A stretch of 64,000 nucleotides of DNA from Azolla caroliniana (lineage: Eukaryota; Plantae; Polypodiophyta): the NCBI GenBank assembly GCA_043228905.1, contig JBHGNT010000021.1:8246001-8310000 (forward strand), written 5' to 3'. The stretch's first letter is position 1; the number at the start of each line of letters is the position of its first letter. Shown here piece by piece: positions 12,700 through 26,700 of this stretch. The position numbers and the translations under genes are program-made. The notes below the pieces were generated by a model. It was not told where the DNA came from, made no database searches, and saw nothing but the letters and a program-made list of their open reading frames with translations.

Positions 12700-15600
12700 T
12701 GCTTTTTATGATTTTTGGCTCATTGCGAAGCTCGTTTAGAGAGCTTTCCAAGGATTATTTGGGCACTAAGTTTCGTTATCGTTACAAGAAGCTACAAGCA
12801 AAATCGTCATCATCTCATGTTAGTTCTCTCAATCTCTGTTAGGATGGCTGACACAACAACAGGAAGTGAGTTGATGATTGTTGATGGATGTGGTAGTAAT
12901 GATGGTTGTGAAAATTACAAGAGGAAAAAGTGTATCGATTCTATAGAAGGTGAGAAAACATCATATGTTGCTATTCTTGGTGGGAAAGATGTTATTGGAG
13001 ATGATTATAATATTGACAGTCATGATTTTGTTAAGGCTTTGCTTTCCGATTTTATGGAAAAAAATGAGAAAGATGCTAAAGATTGTGTGGAGGAGGATGT
13101 TGTAGAGGTGATGATGGAGACCAAGTCTATGTTAACAACTTTTGACAGGTTCTATGATCGTGGTATTATTTTGTACTTCACTAGCAAACTTCTTTGGTAT
13201 CATGGATTAAGCAGTGGTTGGATTCATTCATAATCCCTAACTGTGTTGAGGATGTCTATGTGGGTCCAAGAGATTTCTATGATGTGGTTTTTCGATCGTC
13301 AGAACATTGTACGGCTCTGATGGCAAAGGTACCAATCTTTTTTTATAGAAGATTAGTGCATGTGATGGAATGGGTTCCGATGGTGGATTATAAAGATTTA
13401 TTAAAACGACAATGTCCAATTTGGGTGACCGTTGATTGCAGTACCTCATTCTTTTGGGATTTATTACCAGTATTGATATCTCAAATTGGTAAAGTTTTGG
13501 TTGCTCCTCATGTTAATTCGTTGAACAAATGTAGATTTTGCATGTTATGGGATACAAGTTGTAAACTTCCAGGGTGGTTGAGTATAGATACATCTCGATT
13601 TGGTCGATTTCGTTTTAAGCTTCAATGGGAGACCTTTGCAGGACATTGTTTTAAATGTGGTAAATTGGGGCATTTTATGGCTGAATGCCAATCTCATGGT
13701 GAACTATCCCCAAAAAATAATGTCAAAGGGAAAAATAAGGAAGATGTTGAGAAAGATATTGTTAATGGTTAATATGGTCATGGATGAGGGAACATCTCCT
13801 GGGTTAGAGCGAGATCCCAAAGTTCATGGTCATGTTAGAGGTGTTGGGGAGGAGCATGGAGTATGCATTAATGATGACCCAGATGTTGAAGATGGAGAGT
13901 GGCATCAAGTGAAGCATAAGATAAAAGGGAAGGGTGTTGCCATACAAAGGGACACAAAAAATACTAATGGTAAGGCATTACTAAAAGATAATTTGAGATT
14001 GAATGAGGGGTTTAGGAAAAATCCTTGGCAGAAACAAGTGTGAAATCAAAGATTATCCAACCAATTAAATTTTGATTCTTCAAGAAGGGTGGTACAATCT
14101 CAATTAAATCAAGGACTTCATTCTCGTGGAACTAGACAACAAAACCATAATATTGTTGGAGGGGATGTAGTACACACGAATCCTTATGCAGCTCTTGAAC
14201 AAGTAGTTAGTACATTCATGAATACACTTGCTCATAAAGAGCAAGTTCTTACTAAAGGTGTTAAATGAAAGTGGTATCATGGAATGTGCGAGGGGCATCT
14301 TCGCCTGATAAGAAATATATATTATGGAAAACTTTATTTGATAAAGAATGAGATGTTTTATGTGCAGTTGAACATAAGTGTCCTGATTTAGCAGGATCTA
14401 TGTTACATTTGTGTGGATATTCCGCATATTATGCAGGACAGTTATCACATCATTACTCAGGGGTTGTCATGATTATTCGTGATTTGTTTTGTCCACATAT
14501 AGTCTATAATGATCCATATGGACGTTATTTGGTGATGGAAGTCAAGTATTTTGAGGATTTGATATGGTTGGTAGGAATCTATGCACACAATAATGCTAAT
14601 CAACACATTGAGTTATGATATTCAATGTATCCACGGTTATTAGTGGGCCGTGTTGGTTTGTTAATGGGTGATTTTAATGTGTGTTGGTGTTTCACAATCT
14701 ACTTCACGATTCTCATTGATGGATTCTCCTGAGCAAGAAGTTCGGGACAAATTGGCATTAGAGGTTTTGAAGTTGGATGTATGGAAATGGTTGCATCAAG
14801 ATGAGGTTGGGTTTACATTTCAATCTATGCAATATAAGGAAACATGGAGTAGGTTAGATAGAATGTATGTTATGCATGATGAGTCCTTTTTGCCAGAGAT
14901 GCTTAATATGTCAATTATGCAAGAGGTTGTGACATAGGATCATTTTCCCATATGTTTTGAGTTCAATAAACATGGGGCAGATATGTACAAAACATTGCTT
15001 GATCGAGTTCCTTTGAGGTTTAATTCTTCTTTATTATTACATTCCTTATTTGATGCCTATATGCAACAAATTTTTGGCATGTTTTCAGAACAAGATATTT
15101 CAAAAGGATGGCAATGATGCATGGGATACAACAGTACAAAACATCAATGATATTCACCGTCTATATGGTATGGCTAATGCTAAAAGACGTAAGAAATTGA
15201 TTGATAAGTTTTCATATATTCTTACGCGATGCAATGTACTATTGATCAATAATCCACATGATGATGAGCTTTTGGATGTTCAAGTTCAACTATAGGACAT
15301 TGTGAAGAATTTGTCTTGTCAAAGTTATCAACAAACAAGACTACATCAATTAAAGGAGGGATTTATAGATAATCAATCACAATCTCATATGTTTTTTCAA
15401 GGATTAAGACCACCATATGCTCATTCGAATGTGGTACAAATTAAGATAGGGGATGACATTGTTGTAGACCCAATCAAGGTTATTGAGTTTGTATTACTCA
15501 TTTTAAGAATTTGATTGGGCCAGAGTTGTTTATTAATGAGGATGTGTTGAAAGCACGACGAGAGTTTTATAATGTAATTGGGAGTGTCGTGAATAGAAAT

Positions 15601-18175
15601 ATTTTTCAAGAATTGGATGCCGATTTTGAAGAAGTTGAGGTGGAAAAGGTATTGTTACACCTTCCAAATGGTAAAAGCCCTGGTTGGGATGGTGTTACAA
15701 ATGAAGTTTTAAGAAGTATGTTGGCATGCTTAAGAGTCCATTCACACAAATGTTTCAACAATGTTGGGATTCTGGTTTCATGCCTGAGAGCTGGAAGGTG
15801 GGCTTAATCAAATTGATACCAAAGGTACCATCTCCAGAGTCATTTCATCAATGGAGACCTATTTCATTGATGGGAGGGTTATACAAAGTGTTTGCAAAGA
15901 TATTATCCAACAAACTTCAAAAATTCTTACCTCAACTTATTCATCCATCTCAATATGGTTTTATTACAGGTAGAAATATATTGCATAATCTTTTGAATGT
16001 TCAAATGGCTATCAATTATGCTCGACATACACATCAAGAAATGGTTATGGTGCAGTTAGATTTGGAAAAAGCATATGATCATGTTAATTGGTCTTTCCTC
16101 TCAGGTGTGATGTATAATATGGGGTTTGTTCCTCATATGTGTTGACTTATCTTTTTGCTAGGGCAAAATGGCGGAGTTACTCTGAAAGTGTTTCTTACTA
16201 GATCCGTGCGGCAAGGATGTCCACTAAGCCCATTGTTATTTGCTATTGTTACACATCCTTTGTTAGTAATGTTGTCAAATCTTGCAGCTAATGGTCACGA
16301 TATTGTGGGTTTGCATCTTCTTTCTGGTGGACAATTGGTGGCACAAGCATTGGTTGATGATTCTTTTATGTTTTTACAAGCCTCAAAATAAAATCTTGAA
16401 AGGAGTATGCAAGTTTGGGATCAATTTGCTTTGGCTTCAGGGTCGTATATAAGTTGGAGGAAGTCTTGCCTTATTTCTTGTGTGGAGAGTGATTTGGAAT
16501 GTTTGGGATGGCGAGGGTCTGTGATTACACGAGGATCAATTTATCGACATTTGGGTTATCCATTGGGTGTTGATGTTACAAATGTTCAATTGATTGATTC
16601 GATTGGTAGTAAATTGAAGAACAAATTTATGTATCGGAAGTCTCAATTATGGCCCTTTCATGTACGATTCAAAGTGGTGCAATGTATCTTGATACCCATG
16701 TTATTATATTTTTTGCCTTTACTACCTTGGACTAAGAAGGCATTACAAAACATTTTACAACCTATTCGGTTCATGTTGTGGCGGAAGGGAGAAATGATGG
16801 GAGTTGCATGGATTTCATGGGACCATTTGCCTACTCCTAAAAGGTTAGGTGGTGTAGCAATATTGGATTTGGAAAGGCATTTGATGGCTCGTAGATTTGC
16901 ATTATTACGAGATATATGTCAACAAGATCAACCACGGATATCTATGATGCAATATTTTATTGAGCGTGAAAGGATTGGTGCACGGGAAAACAAAGATTCA
17001 AGCATCCTGGTGGTCATTACTCAATGGAAGTATTCCGAGTCTAAAGATTCGGCATTCTATATGTGGACAACATTAGGTAAGATCGTGGCAAGTTGCATTA
17101 TCTCTTTCTGAATGGAGACCGTCAAGTGATCGAGAATATTGTAATTCATTACAAAATGAATTTCTTGTTTCTTCTCGAGTGTTGTTTTGGCATGGGAAAG
17201 AGAAGTTGAGATCTCAATTCAATCGTTTATTTCGATTGGGGATTGTACATTTGGAAGATGTGGTTGATAATGAATCTCAAAGGTTGTTGGATTTTGAAGA
17301 TGTTAAGCAATGGTTATGTATTCCCCCAAATTATGGATTTATTTGGGAGAAATTACAAGATATACCATTGTTGCAAGGATCTTTGCTATTGAAAACAAAT
17401 TTTTCACTTTGGATGGATTGGCGGTTAAAAGATGGTACACGCTTGTTACAGGTCACTACAAATATATTGTTTCATCATGCGATGGCATCATTATCTTGGC
17501 TATCTCCTAAAGCAGCGAAGTTGTGGAATGTATGTAAGTCAGATGCAAGGTGGTGGAAAATATTACAACGTAGTTGGCATTCCCATCTACCATAGTTGGT
17601 ATTCATATGGAGAGTCATGATTGGTGGGCTCCCATTAGGTTCGGCCTTAAAGAGACGAGGAGTAGGGTCCGGCACTTGTTTCTATTGTACCGTTCCATTG
17701 GAGGATAGTACACATAGGTTCATTAAATGTCCTATAGCGTGTACCGTTTGGAAGTACTTATCGGACATTTGGCATGTTTTAACCCGTTGTTGTTTGAGAC
17801 CTCAACAATGGGTTTTTTCTCAATATGTTCAAAATGGTTCAAATGATGAGATGGAGATATTGTTCCAATTTTTACGCTATTGGGGTCTACAACACAATTG
17901 GAATATGCGTAATGCTTTCATGTTTGATAAAAGACATGGGGTGAAAGCCTATATAAAGAAGCTTAAAGGTATTCTCATGTGGAATTTTTGGATGTTAGAG
18001 CATGTGGGGATCATTTCCTCAAATGCATATTCAAGTTTTTTAATAGCATTACAGAACGTCCCACTCCCTGCATAGGCATATGATAGGTAGATGAGACTAA
18101 GAACTGTTGTAACTAAGTGGATTTTACGTACAATTAATATAATTGTGTGCTTTTACCAAAGAGAGAGAGAGAGAA
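12700..18175 (+). mobile_element. Near full-length degenerate L1-clade LINE
   Basis: ORF1 remnants 12715-13772 with CFKCGKLGHFMAEC knuckle; endonuclease remnants (GDFN, WSRLDR); RT (KSPGWDG, WRPISL, DLEKAYD, RQGCPLSP); C-terminal zf-RVT 17596-18075; ends at a (GA)n tract. Confidence 0.92.
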
Positions 18176-18351
18176 AGACCGCCACATTCGCTGTCACTCC
18201 AATGTTTGACATGGTCAAAAATCATTTCTTTAATTCACACGTTCGTTATTAACACCGCGACAAAATTCTTGGTGGGGTTGGACTCCTTCACCACTCTGAT
18301 ACCATGTAGGAGTTAAGCAATGGAAAGAGAGAGGGAAGGAGGGGGAAGAGA

Positions 18352-18352
18352 C

Positions 18353-18386
<34 letters not shown>

Positions 18387-19410
18387 TATATTATCGTCTT
18401 CGGAGGTCAAATATGACCTATGAGACCAAAAATATTACATTTCACATGATACGTGTGAAAGTGAGTAGTGACTCTCGATGTTCAAGAACTTTACCAATGA
18501 ATGTTGCAATCGAGAGTGCACATTGTGGTTGTGAGAGAAATTTGTGCAAGGATTGGGTTTGGTTGAAGATGTGTGGAAAGCATGGTGGAATATGATTAAA
18601 GGGAGAGCATCGTATCAGAGTGTGATACTCGGACTCTTGAACTTGTTTAGGGCAAAGTGTACATAGTCGACCACTCTCATCACTTGTGCCCCAACGCCCC
18701 GTCTCACATCACAATACATGTGAGCTAAGTTGCATGGAATCAATGGTTCGAATAGAAGCCAACGAAATGGGCTCTAACACGTATTGATGTGTACGGTTTC
18801 CCCATTCCGCAAAGAATATGATTTTGTAGTTAGGTGCAACATGTGTAGTATAATGTGTGAAGCATGAGCCTCCACAGTTGTCCCATGTCATGATACATTG
18901 GCATTGCAAAAAGGCCTCATTTACAGAGGAATCTAATGATGTATCATGAAGCAAGTGTCTCGCATCCCATCTACCAAACCATTTTTCTATATCTTGCATC
19001 CAACCGGAACACAAAATTTTGCTTTTATGCGTCTTTTGGATCTTTTTGCTTGCTTCCCACGCAATTCTAGGAAGTCGATGTGAGGGGTTTTTTTTAACCT
19101 TAAGCATGTATTCAACAACCATTTCCATGGCCATGAACTCAATGGGAAGAGATCCCGTCTCAAGGAGGAGGAGGGTGTAGGGCGTTTGTTTCTTAACTTG
19201 TAGAAACTTTGTAAGAAAATGTTTTTGGACATTTTCAAATTCTTTCCACATAGATTTAGGGATGCTACCGCCCCATACTTCCACCCCATAGAGAAGAACC
19301 GGTGTCGCCAAAGTGTCGAGAAGATATTTCTTGAGGACCCAACACTTAATATCTCCAAGATTGCATGTGTTCTCAAATGCCTAGTATGCTCGCTTACCCG
19401 CCTCTAAGCG
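18352..19410 (-). mobile_element. 5'-truncated RTE-type LINE with (TCTA)n tail
   Basis: ORF 18709-19311 PVLLYGVEVWG...LLLETG...RLPRIAW; downstream ETGRW..RLCTLC..ESEYH..IRC; short 3'UTR ending in a tetranucleotide repeat at 18352-18385. Confidence 0.75.
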
Positions 19411-19593
19411 GCGTGTAGCACATTCATTCCATTTATGATTTGAAGGAACTTTATTATTAGATGGTTTGTCTCTCTCTAAGTTATAGGTGCACCCTATTTT
19501 TGGGGTGCACCTTTTCATATTGTTTAGCGTTTCGTATAATAATTTATTTTTCTATTTCTATATTCTAAACTAATTAGTTTATTACAACACTCT

Positions 19594-19983
19594 TTGTGTG
19601 TTGGAAATAGCAACCCATCTTCTGTGCAGGATTCCATTAGATACTCAGTTTATCTTGTATCAAGCTTTGTTGATATTCACTCTCTCATTGGAGCTTCTCT
19701 CTCAAATTTGAATGGTGATAATCAACCCATCGTTGTGTTACTCTTCAATTGGGGTTCTCCCAGAGACCTAAGAAAGTCTCTTAACCTCCGTTATGGAGTC
19801 CAAATATTTGTCATCGATAGACATCGCCTTGTGCATTTGCATAACCTCTCTAACCGTCATAGTCAAGAGACTGTACTTTACACTTCAAAAGATGAATCAC
19901 AATCATCTTTGAGTAGTGACGATGAAACTGGTCTTAATTCAGATTCCGATCAAGAAGAAGAAGAAGAGCCATATCTTTGGTAG
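19594..19983 (+). pseudogene. CDC45: CDC45 N-terminal fragment
   Basis: DSIRYSVYLVSSF...LLFNWGSPRDL...IFVIDRHRLVHLHNLS...VLYTSKDE plus acidic tract resembles plant CDC45 (INWG..RDL, FVVDSHRPIHLHNL); no true start or C-terminal part. Confidence 0.8.
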
Positions 19984-20020
19984 AGACACCTATCATTGTA
20001 CTCTATGGATAGGTTTTTAG

Positions 20021-21080
20021 ATGGAGCATGCTATCACAAATTACCCAAGTCGACTAGATTTAGGGGAATCGGTAGATGGGGTAAAAAATGATTTTTCTAA
20101 TAGATCTTTATTTCACATCGAGGCGGCCAATTCAATTGAAGTCGACCAAGAGCCTAATGAAAAATGGCTTAATGATATGTTGTATTTTCTTACAACGGGA
20201 TCACTGCCTCAGAACATGCAACAAGATGAAAAGAAGATATTAGCAATAAGGAGTCCGAATTTTTGTGTCTTAAAAGAAACTCATAAAGGAGCTGATGGGA
20301 TATGGCATCGAGTAGTTTGACACGACGAAAAAGAGGCAGTTTTAAGAAAAGCACACTATGGCATTGCAAGAGGACATTATGTTGGGGACACTATTGCACG
20401 GAATATTTGGAGCAGTGGCTTGTGGTGGCCAACAACTTTGAAAGATGCACATCAATTCGGTAAAGAATGTGATGTGTGTCAGAGACTAGGCCAGCCAACC
20501 AACTGAGCTCGGATGCCAACCAATTCAACCATTAGAGCCTTTTTAGAAGTGGGGATTGGATTTTTTGGTACATTCAAGCCAACATTAGCTCGAACCAGCA
20601 ACAGGTATATTATCATGGCTACGGATTACTCTACCAAATGGGTCGAAGCCAAAGCACTCTGAGATAATATTGTTGACTCAACAACAAAGTTCCTTTACGA
20701 ATACATCTAGTGTCGATTCAGATTTCTAATTGAGTTAATCAGTGATCAAGGGTCACACTTCTTGAACAAAGTCATCCATGGATTAACGGAGTACTATGTG
20801 GTGGTACACAAAAAGAGCACACCCAATAACCCTCAAGCAAATGGGTTGGCCAAGTCGACCAACAAAACTCTACAAACAATCCTCAAAAAGATTGTGGATG
20901 AGAATTGGACAGATTGGGATCACAAATTGCATAGTGCTTTATGGGCATTCAAGACAAGTTACAAAATAACAATTCAATTGACGCCCTTTCGATTCACCTT
21001 CGGATTAGAAGCGGTAATGTCAATTGAATTTCAATTCCCTAGTTTACGCCTACAAGTAGTCAAACAACTAAGCACGAGGA
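20021..21080 (+). mobile_element. Gypsy integrase remnant
   Basis: GLWWPTTLKDA, ISDQGSHF, PQANGLAKSTNKTL, WDHKLHSALWA, TPFRFTFG; multiple stops. Confidence 0.88.
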
Positions 21081-21849
21081 AATACAAATTAGAGGGAACA
21101 AATTACAATCTGCCAAATCACATCCTTCATCAAAATAAAATTATCTAATGCATCAAAATCAAAATCTTTGCTCTCAATTCACACAAGGACTAAGTCATTG
21201 CAAAGATTAACCCTAGTACATTGGATTCTTCTTGAGAACTCAGTTCTACTTTTGGTTAAGACGTCATTGACCAATCAAAAGTTTGGCCATGGACAACTAG
21301 GTTTATTAATGGATTTCGGTGATGCATGTTTGTGGAAATCTTGACATCCATCAGTGTTAATCTGTGATCATCAACCCCGAACCTAGGTTTCCCACTTTTG
21401 TTTCCCCCCCTCATTCCACACTCACACTCCACTACCCTTTCCTCACTATTTGTCCTTTTCACCCCTAGAAGTCCACTCAAAGGAAAAAGGGAGGGGAACT
21501 TTAAGTTTCGCAAAACCCTCCCTTTCAATAAGAAAATGCTAAACACATCAACAACATTTCCTTAAGGCTACTATTACAAAAATTACACAAACACACACAC
21601 ATACATCCAAATAAGCACATGCACACATACCTTCCTAACACTAAATTACACACACACAATTTAAACGGAACATGTAGGTGGATAAATGCACGTTTATACA
21701 TAGAAGTGAAGACACTTGCACACACATACACACATGGGGGATAGATGACTGCAAATGTATACACATTATCCCCTAAATCATATAAGTCCACATGACCACA
21801 TAGTCTCTCAGAGGGTACTATTTGAATTTTGACGTTCCAACGCACTTAA

Positions 21850-23150
21850 TCGACGAAGATAATATTACTATCTTATGTATAAAGCATGGACTCCCATGTA
21901 CTCCCAAGTGGACTTGTGGTAACCAAGAAGCAAAAGCTCATTAAAAGCACAACAGTGTGCCATCTCACAAATAGGAAATTGTGATCCTTCATAAATGACA
22001 CCATCTTCTCTTGTTTAGGTCCTCAATTGTCCCACCTAGCTTTTACACAGACACGTGTAATCTGGTGACGTTGAGGCATACAATACACTAGAAAACATCG
22101 TGGAAGTAAGACACATTGTCCATTGGGAAGGCTTGTGATGGACTCGTTATGGTGAGGGTATTGCTTGTCTAGATGAGGTTTGTAATATATCTATGAATTG
22201 GTCGAAAATAACATTGAAAGCCAAAGTCAAGAAGCCAAGCACGTCTAATGTTGCGCAAAGAGGCTCTCGAAAATTTGGTTAAATTTACTCTTCATGTTAT
22301 TGTCATGGAGGTGATAAGGTCGTTTGTGAACTAGTTGAAATTGGATTATGTAATTGGATTGTTGATACACCATTAAAGAAGAGTCGTCATCTCTCCTTCT
22401 AAGTGATATGCCCTTGAAAATTTCTCAAGAAGTCTCTATGCTTCCTATGAAATGTTTGAAATGACAAAGTAGACAAAGCTTCTACAAGCTCGCAGCTTGG
22501 CCGTCCATTGATAATGTGAACTCGGTGACATGTATGGGTGACAACAGGGGTAAAAGTATTGGGAGACATTATTCATTACTAGGTTGTGGGAAAGGCAATG
22601 AGATGTGTCTTAACACCATCTTATTTGGGGACAGGTGTATTATGTCCTCTAGATGTCAAGGACTGTGATATTGATTTTGTTGTTATGATAAACGTGAACA
22701 TTGAGGATTTGGCGAATTTGATTGAAGGTTAATTAGTAAATATGAGGTTGGTTGGTACCATAAGAATGGCCTTGAGGGAGACAAAATAGAGTCCTCATTC
22801 ACAAAGTTAACCATGGTGTTGCTATTGTTATTGGACACCAGCGTGGTGCCAATGAGAACAAAATGGTTGAAGTCAGCGTACGGCAAAGGTCCTCAAAAAT
22901 GCCTAGCTAGAAGTGATCCATTTTATTGGGCTACTTTCTCCATTATCGTATGTAGAAGAGGATGTGTGATGTCAAGTTGCAGTGTTGGAGGTGGAAGCAC
23001 TGCTTTCGAGAGCGACATTAAGTGACTTCATCCCCTACAATTAGGTGTAGCTCACACCTCATTGCCCATGAAAGCCTTTCAAGACATTCCAATAACCTCG
23101 AGGATGACTGAAGTACTTCTTAGACATTCTCAACCATGAACTGAAATTAA
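21850..23150 (-). mobile_element. Highly decayed LINE ORF2-like remnant (tentative)
   Basis: Only scattered L1-like peptide fragments on the minus strand (ATPNCRG, LLARHF); no intact motif. Confidence 0.3.
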
Positions 23151-23783
23151 ACTGTTGGCATCATCGCCTTGCTAAAAGGAAGAACGTCCATTTACAATCA
23201 ATGGACAAAGCCTAGATGGACACCCCAAGGTCCAATTAGCTTGAAAAACTACTTGCACAAATACTAGATTGACATTATGAACTACTTGCACAAAATTATT
23301 TTATTTAGTTAGCACCTATAATTAGCCTAGAGGTGATTTGGAAAATAACAAAATCCTGAAGGTTATTTCAAAGTTTTGTGCAACTATGCTATGCTTCCAC
23401 TTTATACAACACAGTTATGGGTACAGCACTTAAATTTTAGTCAAGTTGCAATACAAGATAGATAAAAGAGATTCAAAAAAATATCCTCAATATATAAAAA
23501 CCAGAACTGGAGAACAAAATTCCTTTTTACAAAATATACCGTCGTAATAAACCACAAGAAACAAGTTTTGGTCGGGATGAACTCCCCTTATAAGATGTAA
23601 CTAACAACTTACAACTTTCAATAGGATATTTCAACCTAGACAAAGTTATGTTCCCACGGTCAAGAAGCTCCATAAAACTGTACATAAAAATCCAATCCGA
23701 TTAAAGCATGTGGCTTTATTACTTCTCGAGAATACGAATGAGCTAGAGACTATACATAACCAATCCTCCTGTTCTCTGCAAAA

Positions 23784-26700
23784 CTAGAATTGCTTTAAAT
23801 TGTGTGGGCCATCTGCACTCTGAATCCAGCCCATTTGTAGAAGCAAGTCAAACACAACATCAACTTTGCTTGGATAGCCTTTCAGGAGACGTTGAGCATC
23901 CGACCGTTTAACTTGGCCACCTTTCATACTCTCAAGCATCAATACTTCCTTCATCTTCAGATAGCTTGTGGGAAAAATCTTGTTTTTACAACACAACTTT
24001 TGTTCCTGATATAAACAAAATATCAGAGTTAAGTAGATTTCAGAAAAGAAGACATCACAACACATCAGGATTCAAGGACCATGTAAACACAGTTAATATA
24101 CTGGAAACTCCGAACGTTGAATTTTTCCATCCATTGTATCAAGATAAAGAAAACTATTGAGATAGAGGAAAGAATATGATGTTCTTGGAGTAAGTAGGCA
24201 TCTACCTTAACAGAACGGTGGATGATATTTACTACTTAATCACTGCAAGTAATCAAGGAGTAATATAAAGAGACATCAGAAATTACCGCCGACGATAACA
24301 AATTCGTCCCAGGTAATCCTGTAATATCGAAGGTGTTGAAGTTTGCAATACTAGTAAATGGGTTGATATCACTATCACTTCCCTCTTTGATTAAAGTTTT
24401 GGATGCACGTTGAACACCCTTGCTAGACTGAGGTTGCAAAGAAACATCCTTGGCCCTCTTTGTACTTGGCAATTGCTTTAACTTTTCAGATCTATACTGA
24501 TGTGCTTCAGCCAATGTATGGCACCCCGCTGCTCTACACTCCTGCAGTGTAATAAATCTTAAATTAGTTTAATCAAAATCAGAATGAAATTTTGCACAAC
24601 TCATTAAGAGTTTGTCAGCTTTTTCCCAAGTACCAGTTATTTCTACAACCTTATTGTTATCTTTAACCTTCAAAAAGGAGATGCAGCCACATATATCATT
24701 TTTGTTCATGGAGCCGCACAAAACCTCTACTAGTTCCAAATTATAGAAACTCAATTTAAAGAATCAAATTTAAAGAACTCCATCTATCCTTCGAGATTTG
24801 GCAAACAGCCAATGTTGCAAACTTCCACAACCTCGTTAAAACTTGTTCATCTTGTTAATCAGCCCAACCATAGCAATATTATCATCATCAGATGAACTTA
24901 TGCTATAGTGAAGAAAAATCAGGAGAAGGTTCATAATCAGAAATTTATACAGCTTTGGCAGTGGGAAAAAACAAGCAATGCATAGCAAAGAAAAGACCTT
25001 AATATTCTGCTAAGAAACAAGCAACACATAGCAAACATGATACCTGTAAATCTGATATATACTGTCGAATCTTTTGTTCTGCACATAGTCCTGAAATTAA
25101 TGTTTCATGTTCCTCTGTCGAATGGTAACGCAGGAATACCCGTGCTTGTTGATAAAGCTTCCGTTCTTCCTCAGATCTTTGATTATCTCTATCCTGTTGT
25201 CTTTTCACATCAAGCAATCCCCTCTCTAGGATGAAATCTTTTCTTCTTTTTCTTTCATCCAATCTAAGATTACAAAGTACAATCATAGGATGAAAAAAAT
25301 ATTTTAATAGCTTACAACATTCCAAAAACATAGATTAGGCACAGTAAAACACTAACAAGCACAGTAAAACTCAGTTCAATATATGCATATGAAAGCACAT
25401 TTGTTTTAGCCAGCGGTTGAAATTGTGGGTGCAAAACAGTGAAAAAATGTATATCCAGGATTTTCTGTTTAGTTGACAATGTATGTTTGAAAATTACCTT
25501 AGAGAAACCAGATCTGGCCAATAAATCAATGTAAAATAGAGTCACACAAAAATACTTCTCATCTAGCGTGAAACACAAAATAGAAAATTCAGATAAAAAC
25601 TGGTTTGGATGTACTGCCAATGATATTTCAGTCTGAAAAGTGAGTTTTTTCATCAGAAAATATGCACAAGTACATTTAACCAGGATGCAGTGGCAACTAC
25701 ATTTCAACTTCATGCAGCAAGCAATACACAACTTCACTTTCTATGATATGTATATGCATTGTTTAAGAATGCACTAAAAACATTAGACATTGGTTTGCCC
25801 TGCCTCGCCTTCTGCAGAAAGCATGTATGCATTTGATAATTCCCTATGTCTCAGTAGAGTTTTTGTTCCAGATGGATGTTGGGTAATCCTGTGAAGATAT
25901 TTTACATAAGCCTGTGCATATAAGAGGCTTAAATTCCCTCAACGAAAAATGGACATAATGCACCTCCATCCCAATTCCCAATATATATGCTTGTAAAGAA
26001 GTAAAACAATCTAGAAAAGTATATGCAGCATTCAATAAACCAACCTCGACAAGTATATATGAAGCATTCGGATCTTCAGTTCACGATCAGTCTCTGTGTC
26101 AGTGTCTTTAAACTCCATTTCTGCTAATGGAAGTTCAGCATCATTGTCATACTCTGGATCAAACTCCCTTCTTTTGGGATTGTAACCACTTTGCTCGAGG
26201 TAAGTAGTGCCATCCTTACTGCCTTCATGTATTGGCTTGGGTTTTTTCACACCAATGCTTCTGTTGCTCTGGCCCCCATCTTCAAATAGATTAATGTAAA
26301 TAGCACATTAAAAAAAGTGTGCTTCATTATTGAACTACATAACATCTGCAGGTATGCTCAAAATCTAATCATATATTTAACTAATGTGTATAATTATCTT
26401 ACCATCTGCAGCTAATGCAGGAGTTTCAGATCCTTCCTTATATTGTCCCATCGTTATTGGTTTTTTGTCTATGCCTATTGCTGCTGTCAAAGATTTGCTT
26501 TCAAAAACTTTTTCCTGAACTTTCTCTCCATCTGTTACAGAACCTGAAATAACCGTTCTTCATTAATTGAAACTGAAAAAGAATTCTATTACGTATCTTT
26601 GCTCTTATGACCTATTGGGAAAATTTCCAGGTCTTATGGTCTTTTTGTCACTGAGATGAAATAAATTTTAACAGACAAAATATAGAAAAACAATCAAAAA

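Larger units (their letters stand above)
11235..19589 (-). mobile_element. Decayed Ty1/Copia element interrupted by two LINEs and truncated at the hAT boundary
   Basis: Integrase LQLVHTDICGP...FIDDFTR (11235-11558); GAG-pre-integrase; protease WILDTGAT (11863-12306); Met-type PBS TGGTATCAGAGT at 18293-18304; LTR pieces 18305-18351 and about 19410-19589. Confidence 0.75.
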
